Part shown: piece after piece, positions 10,927 through 23,189 of the stretch
Numbering within the stretch: the first letter of the stretch is position 1
How the letters are laid out: each line of letters opens with the position of its first letter
Program-made: the position numbers and the translations under genes
Origin: Octopus sinensis
Lineage: Eukaryota
Direction of reading: 5' to 3'
Length of the DNA stretch: 64,000 nucleotides
NCBI RefSeq assembly: GCF_006345805.1
Contig: NC_043008.1
Coordinates: 4,340,001-4,404,000, forward strand
The notes under the pieces: model-generated
The model's input: only the letters and a program-made list of their open reading frames with translations
What the model was told of the DNA's origin: nothing
Databases searched by the model: none

Positions 10927-12360
10927 GGAAGGCAGACAAATCACAAGTCCCTTCAGGTAGATGGCCGTGCTCAATCCATAGAAAAGGTGCAGGTAGTAAC
11001 TGTGTAAGATGCACCCAGTGTGAACTTTGGATGCATAAAAGGTGCAGTAATACTAGAGGAAGGTTAACAGGGAAAATAGTTTTTGTGTGTGGTAGATGCA
11101 CAGGTACAATAAATGGTGAAAATGTACAGAAAATAGTCTCTGTGAACTGCCATGGAGGTAGGCTAGCAGCAGTCGATAGTTTCCGTTACCTAGGAGATCA
11201 ATTTAGTAGTGGAGGTGGATGCTCTGAGAACATAACTGCGAGAATAAGGATAGGCTTGGCAAAGTTCAGAGAGCTCCTGCTTTTGCTGGCAACAAAGGGC
11301 CTCTCTCTCAGAGTGAAAAGCAGATTGTATGATGCCTGGGTGCAAACAGCTATACTACATGGCAGTGAAACATAGGCTATAATAACCGAGGACATGTGTA
11401 GGCTTGAAAGAAATGAAGCCAGTATGCTTCGCTTGATGTGCAATGTCAGTGTGCATGTTCGACAGAGTGTAAGCATCTTGAGAGAAAAGTTAGGCATAAG
11501 AGGCAGCATCATATGTGGTGTGCAAGACAGACAAATGCACTGGTATGGTCATGTGACACATATGGATGAGGACATCTGTGTAAAGAAGTGCCGATCCCTA
11601 ACTGTGGAGGGAAGCTGTGGTAGAGGTCGATCCAGGAGGACATGGGATGTGATGATGAAGCATGATCTCCAAACTTTGAGCCTGACAGGGGTAATGACTA
11701 GTGACTGAGACCTTTAGCGATGTTCTGTGCTTGAGAAGACCCATCAAGCCAAGTGAAATCATACTCATAGCTGATGCTGGTGGCACGTAAAAGGCACCTT
11801 TCAAGTGTTGAGCCTCACAGAAGTAAAGTGGTTGAGCTCCTTTCGAATGTTGCGCCTCACAGAGGCAATGACTGAGACCTTTGGCATTATGTTGTTCTTG
11901 AGGAGAAGACCCATGAAGCCAAGTAAAACTGCAATCATGATATATACAGGTGGCATGCAAATGGTACCTGTGCTGGTGGCACATAAGAGCACTTTTCAAG
12001 TATTGGGCTTCACAGAGTCAAGGACTGAGACCATTTGGCATTATGCTGTGCTTTGAGCACTGGGCCTCACAGAAGCAATGACCAAGTCCATTTGGCATTA
12101 TGCTGTGCTTGAGAAGAAGACCCATCAAGACAGGTAAAACTGCAATCGTGGCAGATACCCAGTGTCACCCAAATGGCACCTGTGACAGCAGCGTGTACAA
12201 GCACCCATTACACTCTCAGAGTGTTTGGCATCAGGAAGGGCATCCAGCCGTAGAAACCATTCCAAAACAGACTGGAGTCTGGTGCAGCCTTCCAGCTTGC
12301 CAATGTTGGTCAAACCGTCCAACCTATGTCAACATAGACAGTGAACGTTATGATGATGAT
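10925..12360 (+). mobile_element. 5'-truncated RTE-clade LINE: PHD-like finger, RT C-terminus, 3' UTR, (GAT)n tail
   Basis: RWPCSIHRKGAGSNCVRCTQCELWMHKRC...FVCGRC, VDSFRYLGD, LYDAWVQTAILHGSET, WYGHVTHMDED...GRGRSRRTW; 3' UTR has a triplicated module (near 11729, 11897, 12107) and ends gatgatgat at 12350-12360. Confidence 0.92.
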
Positions 12361-13139
12361 TATATATATACATGCAGTCATATACAGATGTGCACACATA
12401 TACACAATATATACATATGTGCATGTATATATATACACACATAGGAATATGCATCTTTTGTATATTTGTGTATAAGTACATACAGAGACATACCTATATA
12501 TGTATAAATGTATGTACATATATAGATATATATATATATACATATGTATTTATATAAATATGCATGTGTGTGTGTGTATACATACACTCATGTATGTATA
12601 TGAACATATGCATATGTTTACATACGTACATGAGCGTGTGTGTGTGTGTATGTTCTTTTTTCAATTGTCACAATTTCCATTTTACATTAATATACTGCAT
12701 AATTTTACGAAAGCGAAGTTATTTGCTTATTGGAATATTTCCTCTGCATTAGATATTGAAATATGATGTAAGATATCGATAATAGATAAAATTTTAAAAG
12801 AAATCAATATTTGATAACATTAAATTGCTGAAAAATATCACTGATTCTATTTTCCTCATTCCAGAAAATAGTTAAATAGCTATAAACATTTTATAAAATA
12901 AATTCTAGAAAAACTATTGCTGTTATAAGCTGCACAGTTTGTAAATACTTCAAAATATTTTCATGTATTTCAGAGAATTTTATTGGTTTACAGTAATTTG
13001 ACAAATATGGAATTTAGGATATTTATGACAGTTCAAGTCTGATCACAAATTTTACTGAATTTGCCTTTTAAGTTTAAAACACGTGAAGAGTTCACTGTTG
13101 TAAGCGTGTCTCTCTTGTCTGTTAATCTCATTACTATTG

Positions 13140-13500
13140 TTGTTGCTGTTTATGCTCAAGTCAACTCTGATCAGGCTGGTCTTTGACTAAACATCTTCCA
13201 GCCACAACCATTTCCACTTTTACAGATGTGCTATATCTAGGACTACATCATGCTATGAAGTAGAATGTACTTTCTACAAATTTGGCTGCTATTTTCCTCA
13301 AACTGATTAACCATGTAGAGTTTCCTTGTTTGGTTTAAAACATCTGTTTTTTTATTGCTGTTGTTTAACTCCAAGTTAGCTCTGGTTAAGCCATAAGCAT
13401 CTTATCTTTCTCGTATCAAGGACTATATGTTCCAATGTGTGTTTTCTTCGTGAAAGGTCGTAGGATGTGATTCAAGACGGATATTGTTACCATTTCATGC
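13140..13500 (-). mobile_element. Degenerate copies of an abundant interspersed repeat (SINE-like; core ggtcagccctgatc...ccagccatgacc...ctaggactacat...gatttgagggagatttggctgctatttctag)
   Basis: Same motif order recurs at about 14200-14350, 18040-18180, 24040-24200, 37890-38050, 43290-43460, 45230-45370, 49600-49800, 49990-50180, 51240-51380 and 60830-60920. Family assignment uncertain. Confidence 0.6.
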
Positions 13501-15023
13501 CAGATACACTACCAGATTGTGGTGTTCTCACATTTGACTTGGAGCTGATTTATTTACATAAACCCTTAGTATTGTCTTATTATATTAACTGGTAACACTT
13601 ATTACGTCTGTGCTCAAGCACAGCCATTTAGTTTGTTGATTACATTGACTCCAGTATTTATTTTCATTAACCTCCATTGGAAAAGAAGCAAAATGAATCT
13701 GGACACATTTTCAGCTTAGAACATAAAGAAACAACCAAAATTCCAAATTTTATTTTGACTGATGTTCTGCTGAGTCTTCGATCAACCTCAGTAACCAGCA
13801 AGAAACTCACTGCATAGTCACTCTGCCTGTTAGAAAATGCAGCCATATCTCCTGTGCATCATTACCACATTAAACAGAAAAGATGCATTCAATAATACAG
13901 TCCTCAATATGAAATGGTTACAGCTACAATACTTTTGATGATAGATCTGTCAAGAGTGAACTGGAATTTGACAACAAAATAAAACACTGACAACACACAT
14001 GTTTATATAGAGAGAGAAGAGAGATAAAAGCATATTTATATAAACCAATGTGGGAAGCCACAAACACAGTAACAGATACAAAATCACAAACTGAAGTAGT
14101 TGCACCTGAACAGAATTGAAATTGGGTTGAAACCAATGAGAAAACTCGAGTCCAGTCATATATCTGTGCAATTATTGACAACAGGATAAAGCAGTCAGAT
14201 CTCATATGTGAGACTCTGCCATCTTTGAAAAAGGAAGGAGAGACACATTGAATAATATAGCTGTAGATACATCATGGTGTAAAATTAATAACAATAGGAT
14301 GGTCATGGTTGGAATGCCTTTGATCAGATGTGTCTGCATCTTCAGGAGTGATCTGGGTTTAAACAAAAATAACAATGGCAAGTGTGTGTGTGAAGCTGTA
14401 AGAATTAGTCTTCAGGCAATAATCTCAGGACCAATTTGCTTTTGTCTGTTGTCAGTAATTGCTCAGACACACTAGCATGATAGGATAATGCCAAAGAAGG
14501 CGGAATGGTAATAAGTGAGAGAATTTTGTTAGAGAATACAACTGAAATAATTACAAGATTTCATTCTTTGCTACAAGATTTTTGATTTCATATTATAGAA
14601 ATATATTTCTTGACATCAAATTGAAACAAGAGCTTGTATATTAACATAATACTACTGTGTATAGGGATAAACAGATGCTCATTATATATCAACTAGTTGC
14701 TTTCAAGTATCTATGGATATTAAAGACTCTAATTATATAAAAAAAAATAATTTTCCATGCATACTCTTGTGGTTGTTTAGCCCCAGGTCAGTTTATTCCA
14801 GCAGTCCTCTGACCACATCTGTTTCAACTGTCTGCATCCTATGCTTTCGTTACACATATACATACACACACACACACACAATCATACATACTCCATACAC
14901 ACACACAATCATACATACTCCAAAATGTATTTTAAGATGGTTGGATATGATTTGATAGAACATAGTTATTTCTAACAGGTTGAACAACCATGTTAAGACT
15001 CCTCTATTGCTTGTATGTGATAC

Positions 15024-15060
<37 letters not shown>

Positions 15061-15399
15061 ATTTTGTCCTCTGACAAAACTCACCCACATCCCATCTCCC
15101 CCAAAACCCCATTGCAGGCCCCTTCAGTTCTTCTCAACATCACTTGCTATTTCTAAGTACCTCCCCACTCACTCTTATGCTACATCCCTGCTATCCCCTC
15201 TAGCCTACTTATACTCCTCCATCTCCACTGTTCCCTGTGGGTAGGGCTCCCTCTCTCACTCTGACTGCCTCTGCTCTATTGGCCAAGTATCTCCCTGGGT
15301 CCTTCTTTCGTACTCCAGCCTCTCACCTGGCACATTGCCACTTCTTTTGGTTCCTTTGCCTCTCTCAGCTGAGACTTGTCTGGCAAGCCACTTGGCAAC

Positions 15400-15650
15400 T
15401 CTGCTGGTAGTGGTTCCACATAAGTAGCACCCATGCCTGCTTCACATAAAACGCATCCATGCTGGTCCCACATAAAAAGCACTCAATACACTCCATTGAG
15501 TTGTTGGTGTTAGGAAGAGCATCAACTGTAGAAACCGTGCCAAAACAGACACCGTAGTCTGGTGCAGTCCACTAGCTTGCCAGTTCCTGCTGTCAAACCA
15601 TCCCCCCCACCATGCTAGCATGGAAAATGGACTTTAAATGATGATGTTCA
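15400..15650 (+). mobile_element. RTE-type 3' end short element
   Basis: aaaagcac modules, ggaagagcatcaactgtagaaacc, then catgctagcatggaaaatggactttaaatgatgatg tail. Confidence 0.75.
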
Positions 15651-15666
15651 TTGATATATCTATATA

Positions 15667-16075
15667 TACTCTTTTACTCTTTTACACATTTCAGTCATTT
15701 GACTGCGGCCATGCTGTAGCACCACCTTTAGTCGAAGAAATCGACCGCAGGACTTATTCTTTGTAAGCTTAGTACTTATTCTATTGGTCTCTTTTGCCAA
15801 ACCATTAAGTTTCAGGGACATAAACACACCAACATCGGTTGTCAAACAATGGTGCAGGGGACAAGCACAGACACAAAGACACACACACACATAAATATAT
15901 ATACGTATATACATAACAAGCTTCTTTTAGTTTCCATCTACCAAATCCACTCACAAGGCTTTGGTTGGCCCGAGGCTATAGTAGAAGACACTTGCCCAAG
16001 GTGTCATGCAGTGGGACTGAACCCAGAACCATGTGGTTGGGAAGCAAGCTTCTTACCACACATCCACACTTGTGC
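15667..16075 (-). mobile_element. Composite tRNA-derived SINE, near full length
   Basis: tactcttttac...gactgcggccatgct...ttagtacttattctattggtctcttttgcc, (CA/TA)n linker, then tttccatctaccaaatccactcacaaggctttggttggcccgaggctatagtagaagacacttgcccaaggtgtcatgcagtgggactgaacccagaaccatgtggttgg. Confidence 0.85.
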
Positions 16076-16230
16076 CTATGTTGAGAGAAAGAGAGAGAGT
16101 TTGTGAGTATCTAAAAAAAACTAATATATGTTTCTGATGGGTTTCTTTAATTGGATCTAATTAATAAATTCATTGGATCTAATCAATAAAGAAGAGAAAA
16201 AATCTAACCTCAATAACTGACTATTTGCAG

Positions 16231-16313
16231 GTGAAAAAACACAGATGGCGCATGTTGGACCAGGTGCAGTAGATATCTTGGCTTTTGACATGATGTATTT
16301 ACTGATACGCTGG
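16231..16313 (+). CDS. Weak candidate plus-strand exon
   Basis: Acceptor ctgactatttgcAG|, weak donor TGG|GTATCA; GEKTQMAHVGPGAVDILAFDMMYLLIRW (phase 1->0). An overlapping minus-strand candidate (16209-16309) is also open, so strand is unresolved. Confidence 0.25.
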
Positions 16314-16520
16314 GTATCAAGAACATCAAAGAAATATTGAAGGGGGGAAAAAACTTTATTTTATTATTGAAATCTTTATTAACATAAGAAATTGTTGATG
16401 TGTTTCACAAAATGATTGTTGATTACTTAAAAATAAGGACTTACAACTCCAAAGCATTCACTCCTGAATATTATACCATTTATTTATAGATTGGTTATGA
16501 GATACAGAAGTTTACTTCTC

Positions 16521-16660
16521 TGTTAGAGGTTTTGGGTTCTGTCCCACCATGTGGCACCTTGGGAAGTATCTTTTACCATAGCCCCAAGCCAACCAAAGAC
16601 TTGTGCAGGAGTTTGATGGATAGAAACTGAAAGAAGCCTGTTGTGTGTGTGGTATGAGTG
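16521..16660 (+). mobile_element. tRNA-derived CORE-like SINE head
   Basis: gggttctgtcccaccatgtggcaccttgggaagtatcttttaccatagccccaagccaaccaaagacttgtg...gatagaaactgaaagaagcc. Confidence 0.8.
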
Positions 16661-19324
16661 TATATATGTGTGTATGTATATATGTGTTTTATGCATTTCT
16701 TCTTCCTTTTCTTGATATTGCATGATTGATGTAAATGGGTGGATTTATTCATTTCAATCATCCATGAAGTCATGTCCAGCCATAGAAAAATCTTCCCCCT
16801 TGAATTTTTACTGACCCCTGCACACATGGAACAGCAGGCATTGAAATGATTATGATAATTGTAATTAAATACGAGAATTAAGCTATGAAGATATAAAAAA
16901 AAAACAAGTTATGCAGAATTGGTGTTTGCTGCATTTATTTATATTTATTTATATTTATTTATATTATGTATTCTGTTAAATTTTATTGTGTTTTGTTTAA
17001 TATTTGCATCAGAAATAATTATTTCTTGTGAGTACCCAACTACAGCATTGATCAAGCATTTAACTGGCTTGAAAATTCATTGTTTGCCTCTCTTCTTTCC
17101 TCCCTCTTTCTGTCTCTCTCTTACTTTCACATATACACACATGCTTTCTCTCCCTCAAGACATTCTAATTTCTATATTGAAAGCATTGCACACAGACAAT
17201 GGCTATATATATAATATCTACAGTTATATCCACAAGGAATTCAGTATTGAATTTTTAAATAGTAAAATCTATAATGCAGATAACTATTTTTCATTGCTTA
17301 ACTATGAAAGGATAGATCTAGTGGGAAAACAATGTTTGTCATGATTTGGTGGGTTTCTGGTACCTACAGAGACCAGTAATATATTGGGTTGATTTAATCA
17401 CATATACCTGCACTCCCACCAGAGAATTGTCATTGCATCTATCAAAAGACATTATTTCCAGAAACTAGAAGCAAATCTTCATTATTTATTCAGTACAGTG
17501 TTGCAATGATACACTTCAGCTCCTTCAACCAAAACAAGTTCAAACAAGTTAAACACAAATTCTGATTTCTGCAGGCATCATTTCCCATTCTACCTGGCTG
17601 GAAATTAATTACCAGTTCCATTTGTTGTTATTGGTTACTTAATCCGAAAAGAATTTCATCCAAGAATGATGCAATTCTGTAGACCTATTCAAACCATGCC
17701 AACTTATGCTAGTAATATGACAAAATAAAATATAATGGCTTCTTTTCAATAATGTTAGCAGTAGATTATAGAAAGCCAGCTATACATGAAGGTGCTTTGT
17801 TTGGATTTGACAGTATCTGGTTTAGTTTCGGAATTCTAATCCTTCTGGGATCAATTTTCATTTCGTCTTTGATGTATAAATGACAACAATATACTAGTGT
17901 CAAGACAATCAATTATATTCCTTTTTCAAAGAAAATATATAATAAAACAATTTGGTTTAATAATATGTTGTAAAAATAAACTGTAAATTGATAGCATGCA
18001 TTTCATCTTAGATTAATCTCTTAATTAAAAATTTGTGGCTGTTGATGTTACACCCCAGATTAGCCTCAATCTAGGAAACCTGTTTCAAAGCATTCCATTT
18101 ATTATCGTCTCAACAATATTTTTATTTTTTCAGGAATAATGTACCTAGTACTACATTACTCAATGTGAGCTTCCTTGTTAAAGATGATAGAGTTTGGTTT
18201 CAGGAAGAGTTGCATGCAGCACATGACTACATAAAAACTTTCACTGACTTAACAAATTCTGTCACCTTCCCATTGTAAATGTGGATGGATATATTGAATA
18301 GCATTAATAATTCTGGAAATAATGGTTTCAACTTTTGGTACAAGGCCAGCAACTTTAAGAGAGGGGCTAAGTCGATTACATGAACCCCAGTGTTCATTGA
18401 CCTCAAAAGTGGTGAAAGGCAAAGTTGACCCAGGTGGAATTTTGAACTAAAATGCAGAGAGCTGAAAGACATGCTGCTAAGTATTGTGTCCAACTCATTA
18501 ACAATTATACCAGCTTGCCACCTGAATATCTTGAATATAATTAACTATAAACAAGATGGGATGGCCGCAGTTAGAAACAAAAGGTTTTTGAATAACATCT
18601 GGAAAATCTGCTTCCCACCAATGTGCTGTAAGACTACTGAAGCAGTGCTGCCCTCAGATTAGATAACAAGTAACACTGTTACGGGTAAATTGAACCGGAA
18701 TTCCAGTTTATTGCACTCCTACATTTGCTATCTCCATCTATTTCTCTATTATTTTCACCTATACCCACACAGTTTTTCTCTGTCCCTTACTTTCTTTCTA
18801 GCTGAAATAAAGAAATGGCAAATGAGATAACTATAACACAGGACTGTCGTGGCCCAAATGTCTTTTTTGTGGGTTTGTTTGTTTTTTTTTTGGTCAGATT
18901 TGGAAAAGTGGGCAGTGCTTATGGCCTTTTTTGGTTCCCCATTACCCATGAGGAAGAGCCATTAATATTTTGTTTAATTAGTTGCAAGTCAACATCTATA
19001 AGAAATACATGAGTGAGGAACAAGTTCTTGTGAGCTGAGATGCTGGAAAGAAAGACCCTGGCAGGTTTGGATGCAATTTAGATGATGAGAGGAAGAAGAA
19101 CAGATTTATTGGGAATACTTGAACGAAGATGGCTGAAGATCAGCTTCAAGGAACAGAGGCCATTATAGTAGCAATAGAAACTGTGTAGAGTGGGAAGAGC
19201 ACACCTGTGGGCCAGAGACTGAAGTTTATCTGTCAGTGATTTTTATGCCAATCAGTTGAGTAGCCATTCTCTGGATAGCTTGAGAATGTCTGAGTTTGTG
19301 TAGATCTGCTCAGTCAGGGTTGAC

Positions 19325-19630
19325 TTGAAGCTAAACAAGAAGACCAGAAAAAGCACTTTGAAGACACACTGAAAGCATCATTGGAGGCCCTCAACATCAA
19401 CCACAAAAAATAGGAGCAAGCAGCATTGAATAGAAAATAGCTTGCAACATTCTACGAGGTCACCAAGAGATGTGCATCAAACAAAATGATTGCAACTGAG
19501 CAATGCAGGAAGGTGAGATAGGAAAATTGCATCGATTCTTTCATTGTTGCCTGCATTAACAGACTCCAGTAGCAAAGACACCTGGGTGTGAAAATTAGAC
19601 TAACTAGTCGAAAAAATAGTACACGCACAT
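19325..19630 (+). mobile_element. RTE/BovB-like LINE C-terminal relic
   Basis: DQKKHFEDTLKASLEALNINHKK*EQAALNRK* resembles GQKKRFKDTLKASLK.FNI....WEQ.A.DR. Confidence 0.7.
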
Positions 19631-19667
19631 ATATGTACGTGTATCTATCCATGTGTGTGTAAATGTG

Positions 19668-19715
<48 letters not shown>

Positions 19716-20289
19716 TGTGTGTGTGTTAGAGAGAGAGAGATGTAACTTTATTGGATGGACAAAGGGAAAATAATCAAGGTATACACTGTAAACCTTTTTC
19801 CTGGATATAGATCCATGTTTCTAGTAGAACAGAAATATGTATACAAAATTATACATACAGTTCATCATCATCAGATGACATAGGAAAATGGATGAGAGAA
19901 TTGTTTTATACACACAACAATACAGAGGGCAAGAGTGGCAAACCCAGTGCTTAGGAAGTGTGAGAGATGTTTAGTGGTGGAGAATATGATGGCTCTGTTG
20001 GGTGATCAATGTAAACTGAAGATGGAGTGGACAGTGATAAGGATGAATGATGAATATCAAATGAAATGATTCTGGGTATTGAGAAAGATGAGTTGTACCA
20101 AGGAAAAGCTGTAGTTAGAGGGTGGTGGAGGTGTCTTGAGGAGGATATTGGGTGAAAGGTCCAGTTGTGTATATTTATATACTCACAGCACTTCCAGAAA
20201 TTCAGTCTGACTGGCTTGGGTGAGTTTTCCCCAAGAACCTCATTGTGCCAGTCAGCCAATTCTTTGGGATTTCCTCCAAGAGGTTCAAC

Positions 20290-20620
20290 GTTCTGATATT
20301 AGCCCTCATCTCATCATCCCATGTCTCCCTCTTCTGCAGCCTTCATCTACATTGAGTGACACTTCTTTATACAGCTCTCTTCATTCATATGTATCACATA
20401 TCCAAACCAGTACAGTCTTCTCTCTTGCACACTCCATCTGATCCTTCTTATGCCTGTTTTTGTTTTTACTCAGCACATTTGCACTATGTCCTTTATGCAC
20501 ACTTACATTGCACATCCAATGGAGCACGCATGCTTCATTTCTTTCCGGTCTACTCAGTTCTCATCATTCAAAGTTCATGTCTTTCTAACACATGCATCAG
20601 ATAATGTCCTTCACTCTGAG
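20290..20620 (-). mobile_element. RTE LINE RT C-terminal relic (same family as 10925-12360)
   Basis: Minus strand DACVR...ERNEACVLHWMCNVSVH...RRIRWSVQERRLYWFGYV aligns by eye to 11330-11700. Confidence 0.75.
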
Positions 20621-20754
20621 AGAAAAGACCTTTTTTTGCCAGCAGTGGTAGTATATTTCTGAACTTTCTCCAACCATTCTTATATATCTACTTATTTATA
20701 TAAGTTATCAAGCTGCACTTATAAAATTTAATGATGTAAAACCTAAAATTTATA

Positions 20755-20785
<31 letters not shown>

Positions 20786-21779
20786 TAATAATGATAATAA
20801 TAATATGAACCAAGTTAAATAATGGATAAATATTCATGATCACATTAGAAGGAAATAAAGATTGCAATAATATTGAAATATAGATCTGATCTTCAGTTTA
20901 AATAAAAGAAAATTTCTATGTTTGACTAATATTTCCACTTGATGTTCATTTGATCTGAAGAAATACTGACAGGACGAATTTGTTGCATAGTGCAGCTTTC
21001 TAATGGCTGGTTACTAAGAGCTCGTATATTGATTGGTAGGATAGTAAGGAGTGTAGACTATTAAGCGTCATATGTGACTACACTAAGAAGTATTGTTCTT
21101 ATTCTAAAGAATGGCCATTTCAATTGTCATTCATCAAAATATTCAATCATTGTTTGATTTCAAAGCCTATACATCCAGCAGACTTATGTTATCGAGATGT
21201 GTCTCTTTCAGCTATTGTCATACATTCGTGATCAATAGTTTGAGCTAAAACAAAACGTCCGTTGGTGTTTTCATTTAGAGAGATATTTCTCTTTTAATGT
21301 GCTGGAGCATTCTTATACTCACTAGACATTTCATTGCCAATAAGAACAAATAGGTATAATATTTTGTTTTTTGTTTTTATTTTTTCAGTATTAGGCTGGG
21401 AAAAAAAAAAAACCTCTCTGCAATTGTTCAGCTATTTCAGGTGCAAAACTGAAATTAGTACAAGGGCCAATGTAATCAATTACTTTAAACCCTTTATTCT
21501 AGTAACCCATTACAGTTGCAATCAGTAAATGTGTTAAAAATACATATATGTGTGTTTATTTCTATTTCAAATTCATATATTGCACCTTTTGAAATAGCAT
21601 CATTAATAGAAATGTCTAATAATGTCAGTAGAATGAAAGATTGAAATCCCTTTTGAAATAGAATTTCCTGTAGTATTGGCATCACACACACTCTCACACT
21701 GATGTGCGCGTGTGTGTGTGTGTGTGTGTGTGTACATATACATACATACATACATATATATATAAGAATGCCGATATAT

Positions 21780-22480
21780 CTTCATCATCATCATCATTTA
21801 ACACCTGTTTTCTATGCTGGCATGGGTTGGACAGTTTGACAGAGGCAGGCTAGACAGAAGACTACAGCAAGCTTCATTATCTGTTTTGGCAGGGTTTTTA
21901 TGGCTGGATGCCCTTCCTAACACCAACCACTTTACAGAGTGCACTATATATATATTGCACAATGTAAATACACACCTTTAATGCAGGTATGAGGAAGTGT
22001 CACTCTAATGTTTAAAACCGCAAATATTATGCAAATTTTCACTTTGAACTGTTGTGTGAAGTGGTTTTGAAAGTAGAATCAGTACAGAAACAATTGTAAC
22101 CGATCATTAAAGATGGGTTAAAGTCTTTCTTTGTCTTCATATTTGGATTATAATTTATTCTTTGCAAAACCCGTACAATGGTTTTAACATCATAAAACCT
22201 GAAGGATTTTGGCATTATTCTGGAATCAGCCCAGAGCTCGGGGTGAGTGTTGCATTGGAATACATACCCTTTCTACACTACCAGGACCTTATATATTATA
22301 TGATGATGGAGAAGAGGATATATGCATGTGTGTGTGCATAAATCATCATCATCATCATGATCAATGTCCACTTTCCATGTTGGCATGGGCTGAATAGTTT
22401 GACAGGAGCTGGCAAGCCAGAGAAATGCACTAAATTCTGTCTGCTTTGGCATGATTTCTATTCTTACAAATTCTTCCTAA
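21780..22480 (-). mobile_element. Two RTE-type 3' end short elements (21780-21945 and 22340-22480)
   Basis: (CAT)n followed by tttaac...catgctggcatgggttggacagtttgac...ggatgcccttcctaa. Confidence 0.75.
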
Positions 22481-22589
22481 TGTTGCAGTTGCACCTGCTG
22501 AGGATATGAAAACTGCATATTATGAAGGAACATCAGATTAATTTACCAGGACTTGGTAAATATATGGAGCAGCTTATCATCAAAAGTAT

Positions 22590-23020
22590 TAATTGGACCC
22601 TAACCCTTTTTGACACTACCGTGGTCAGTTTGGTTTATTTGAACTTGCTGTGACAATCTGATGTGACAAATATTCAAGAGGACCCTGAAATGTGAAGATT
22701 TTATTTCTAGCAGGACAAGGCAATTCTACACTACCAAAGAAATGAGCTGGGATTTTTCCAGAGAAGTGGTTTGGATGAAAAGGTTTAATAAAATACTTCA
22801 CATTCACCAGACCAAACCCCCATGGACATTGTTTTTTCATAAGGATACTTAAAAAATAAAATTTATGACTGTAAAACCAGCAGCAGTCGATGAAATGGTG
22901 GCAGCCATTGAACAAGAATGCACAGAAATACCAAACAGAATGTTTTTGGTGATTCCGATTCTATTGCTCCATTTTATCAGTAATGCCTAGACCGGAACAA
23001 TCATCAGTTTGAAAACATGC
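22590..23020 (+). mobile_element. Tc1/mariner superfamily (maT/DD37D-like) transposase relic
   Basis: LIGP*PF, F*QDKAILHY, HSPDQTPMD..GYLKNKIY, DEMVAAIEQECTEIPNRM, CLDRNNHQFEN resemble FQQDGAPPH / RSPDLTPLDFFLWGYLK / C...NG.QFE. Confidence 0.8.
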
Positions 23021-23136
23021 ATACATAAAAAAATTAAAATCTCAGTATATTCTATTAAGTTTTGAAGATGAAATGCATCTAAATAGACACTGACTTTATA
23101 ACCATTCAAAGTATATATACATTCTGGGGGATACTC

Positions 23137-23189
<53 letters not shown>

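Noticed and set aside
13924-14205. 93-aa and 73-aa minus-strand ORFs in non-microsatellite sequence
   Set aside because: No splice context or recognisable motif on either strand; may be a decayed TE.
15276-15482. Protein-like ORF (VEPLPAELPSGLPDKSQ...) with a CAG|GTGAGA donor
   Set aside because: Lies antisense within and beside an RTE-type 3' end repeat; no acceptor.
17409-17465. Spliceable 57-nt open segment FLEIMSFDRCNDNSLVGVQ (minus)
   Set aside because: Overlaps the decayed tail of a Nin-like SINE, so the signals are probably coincidental.
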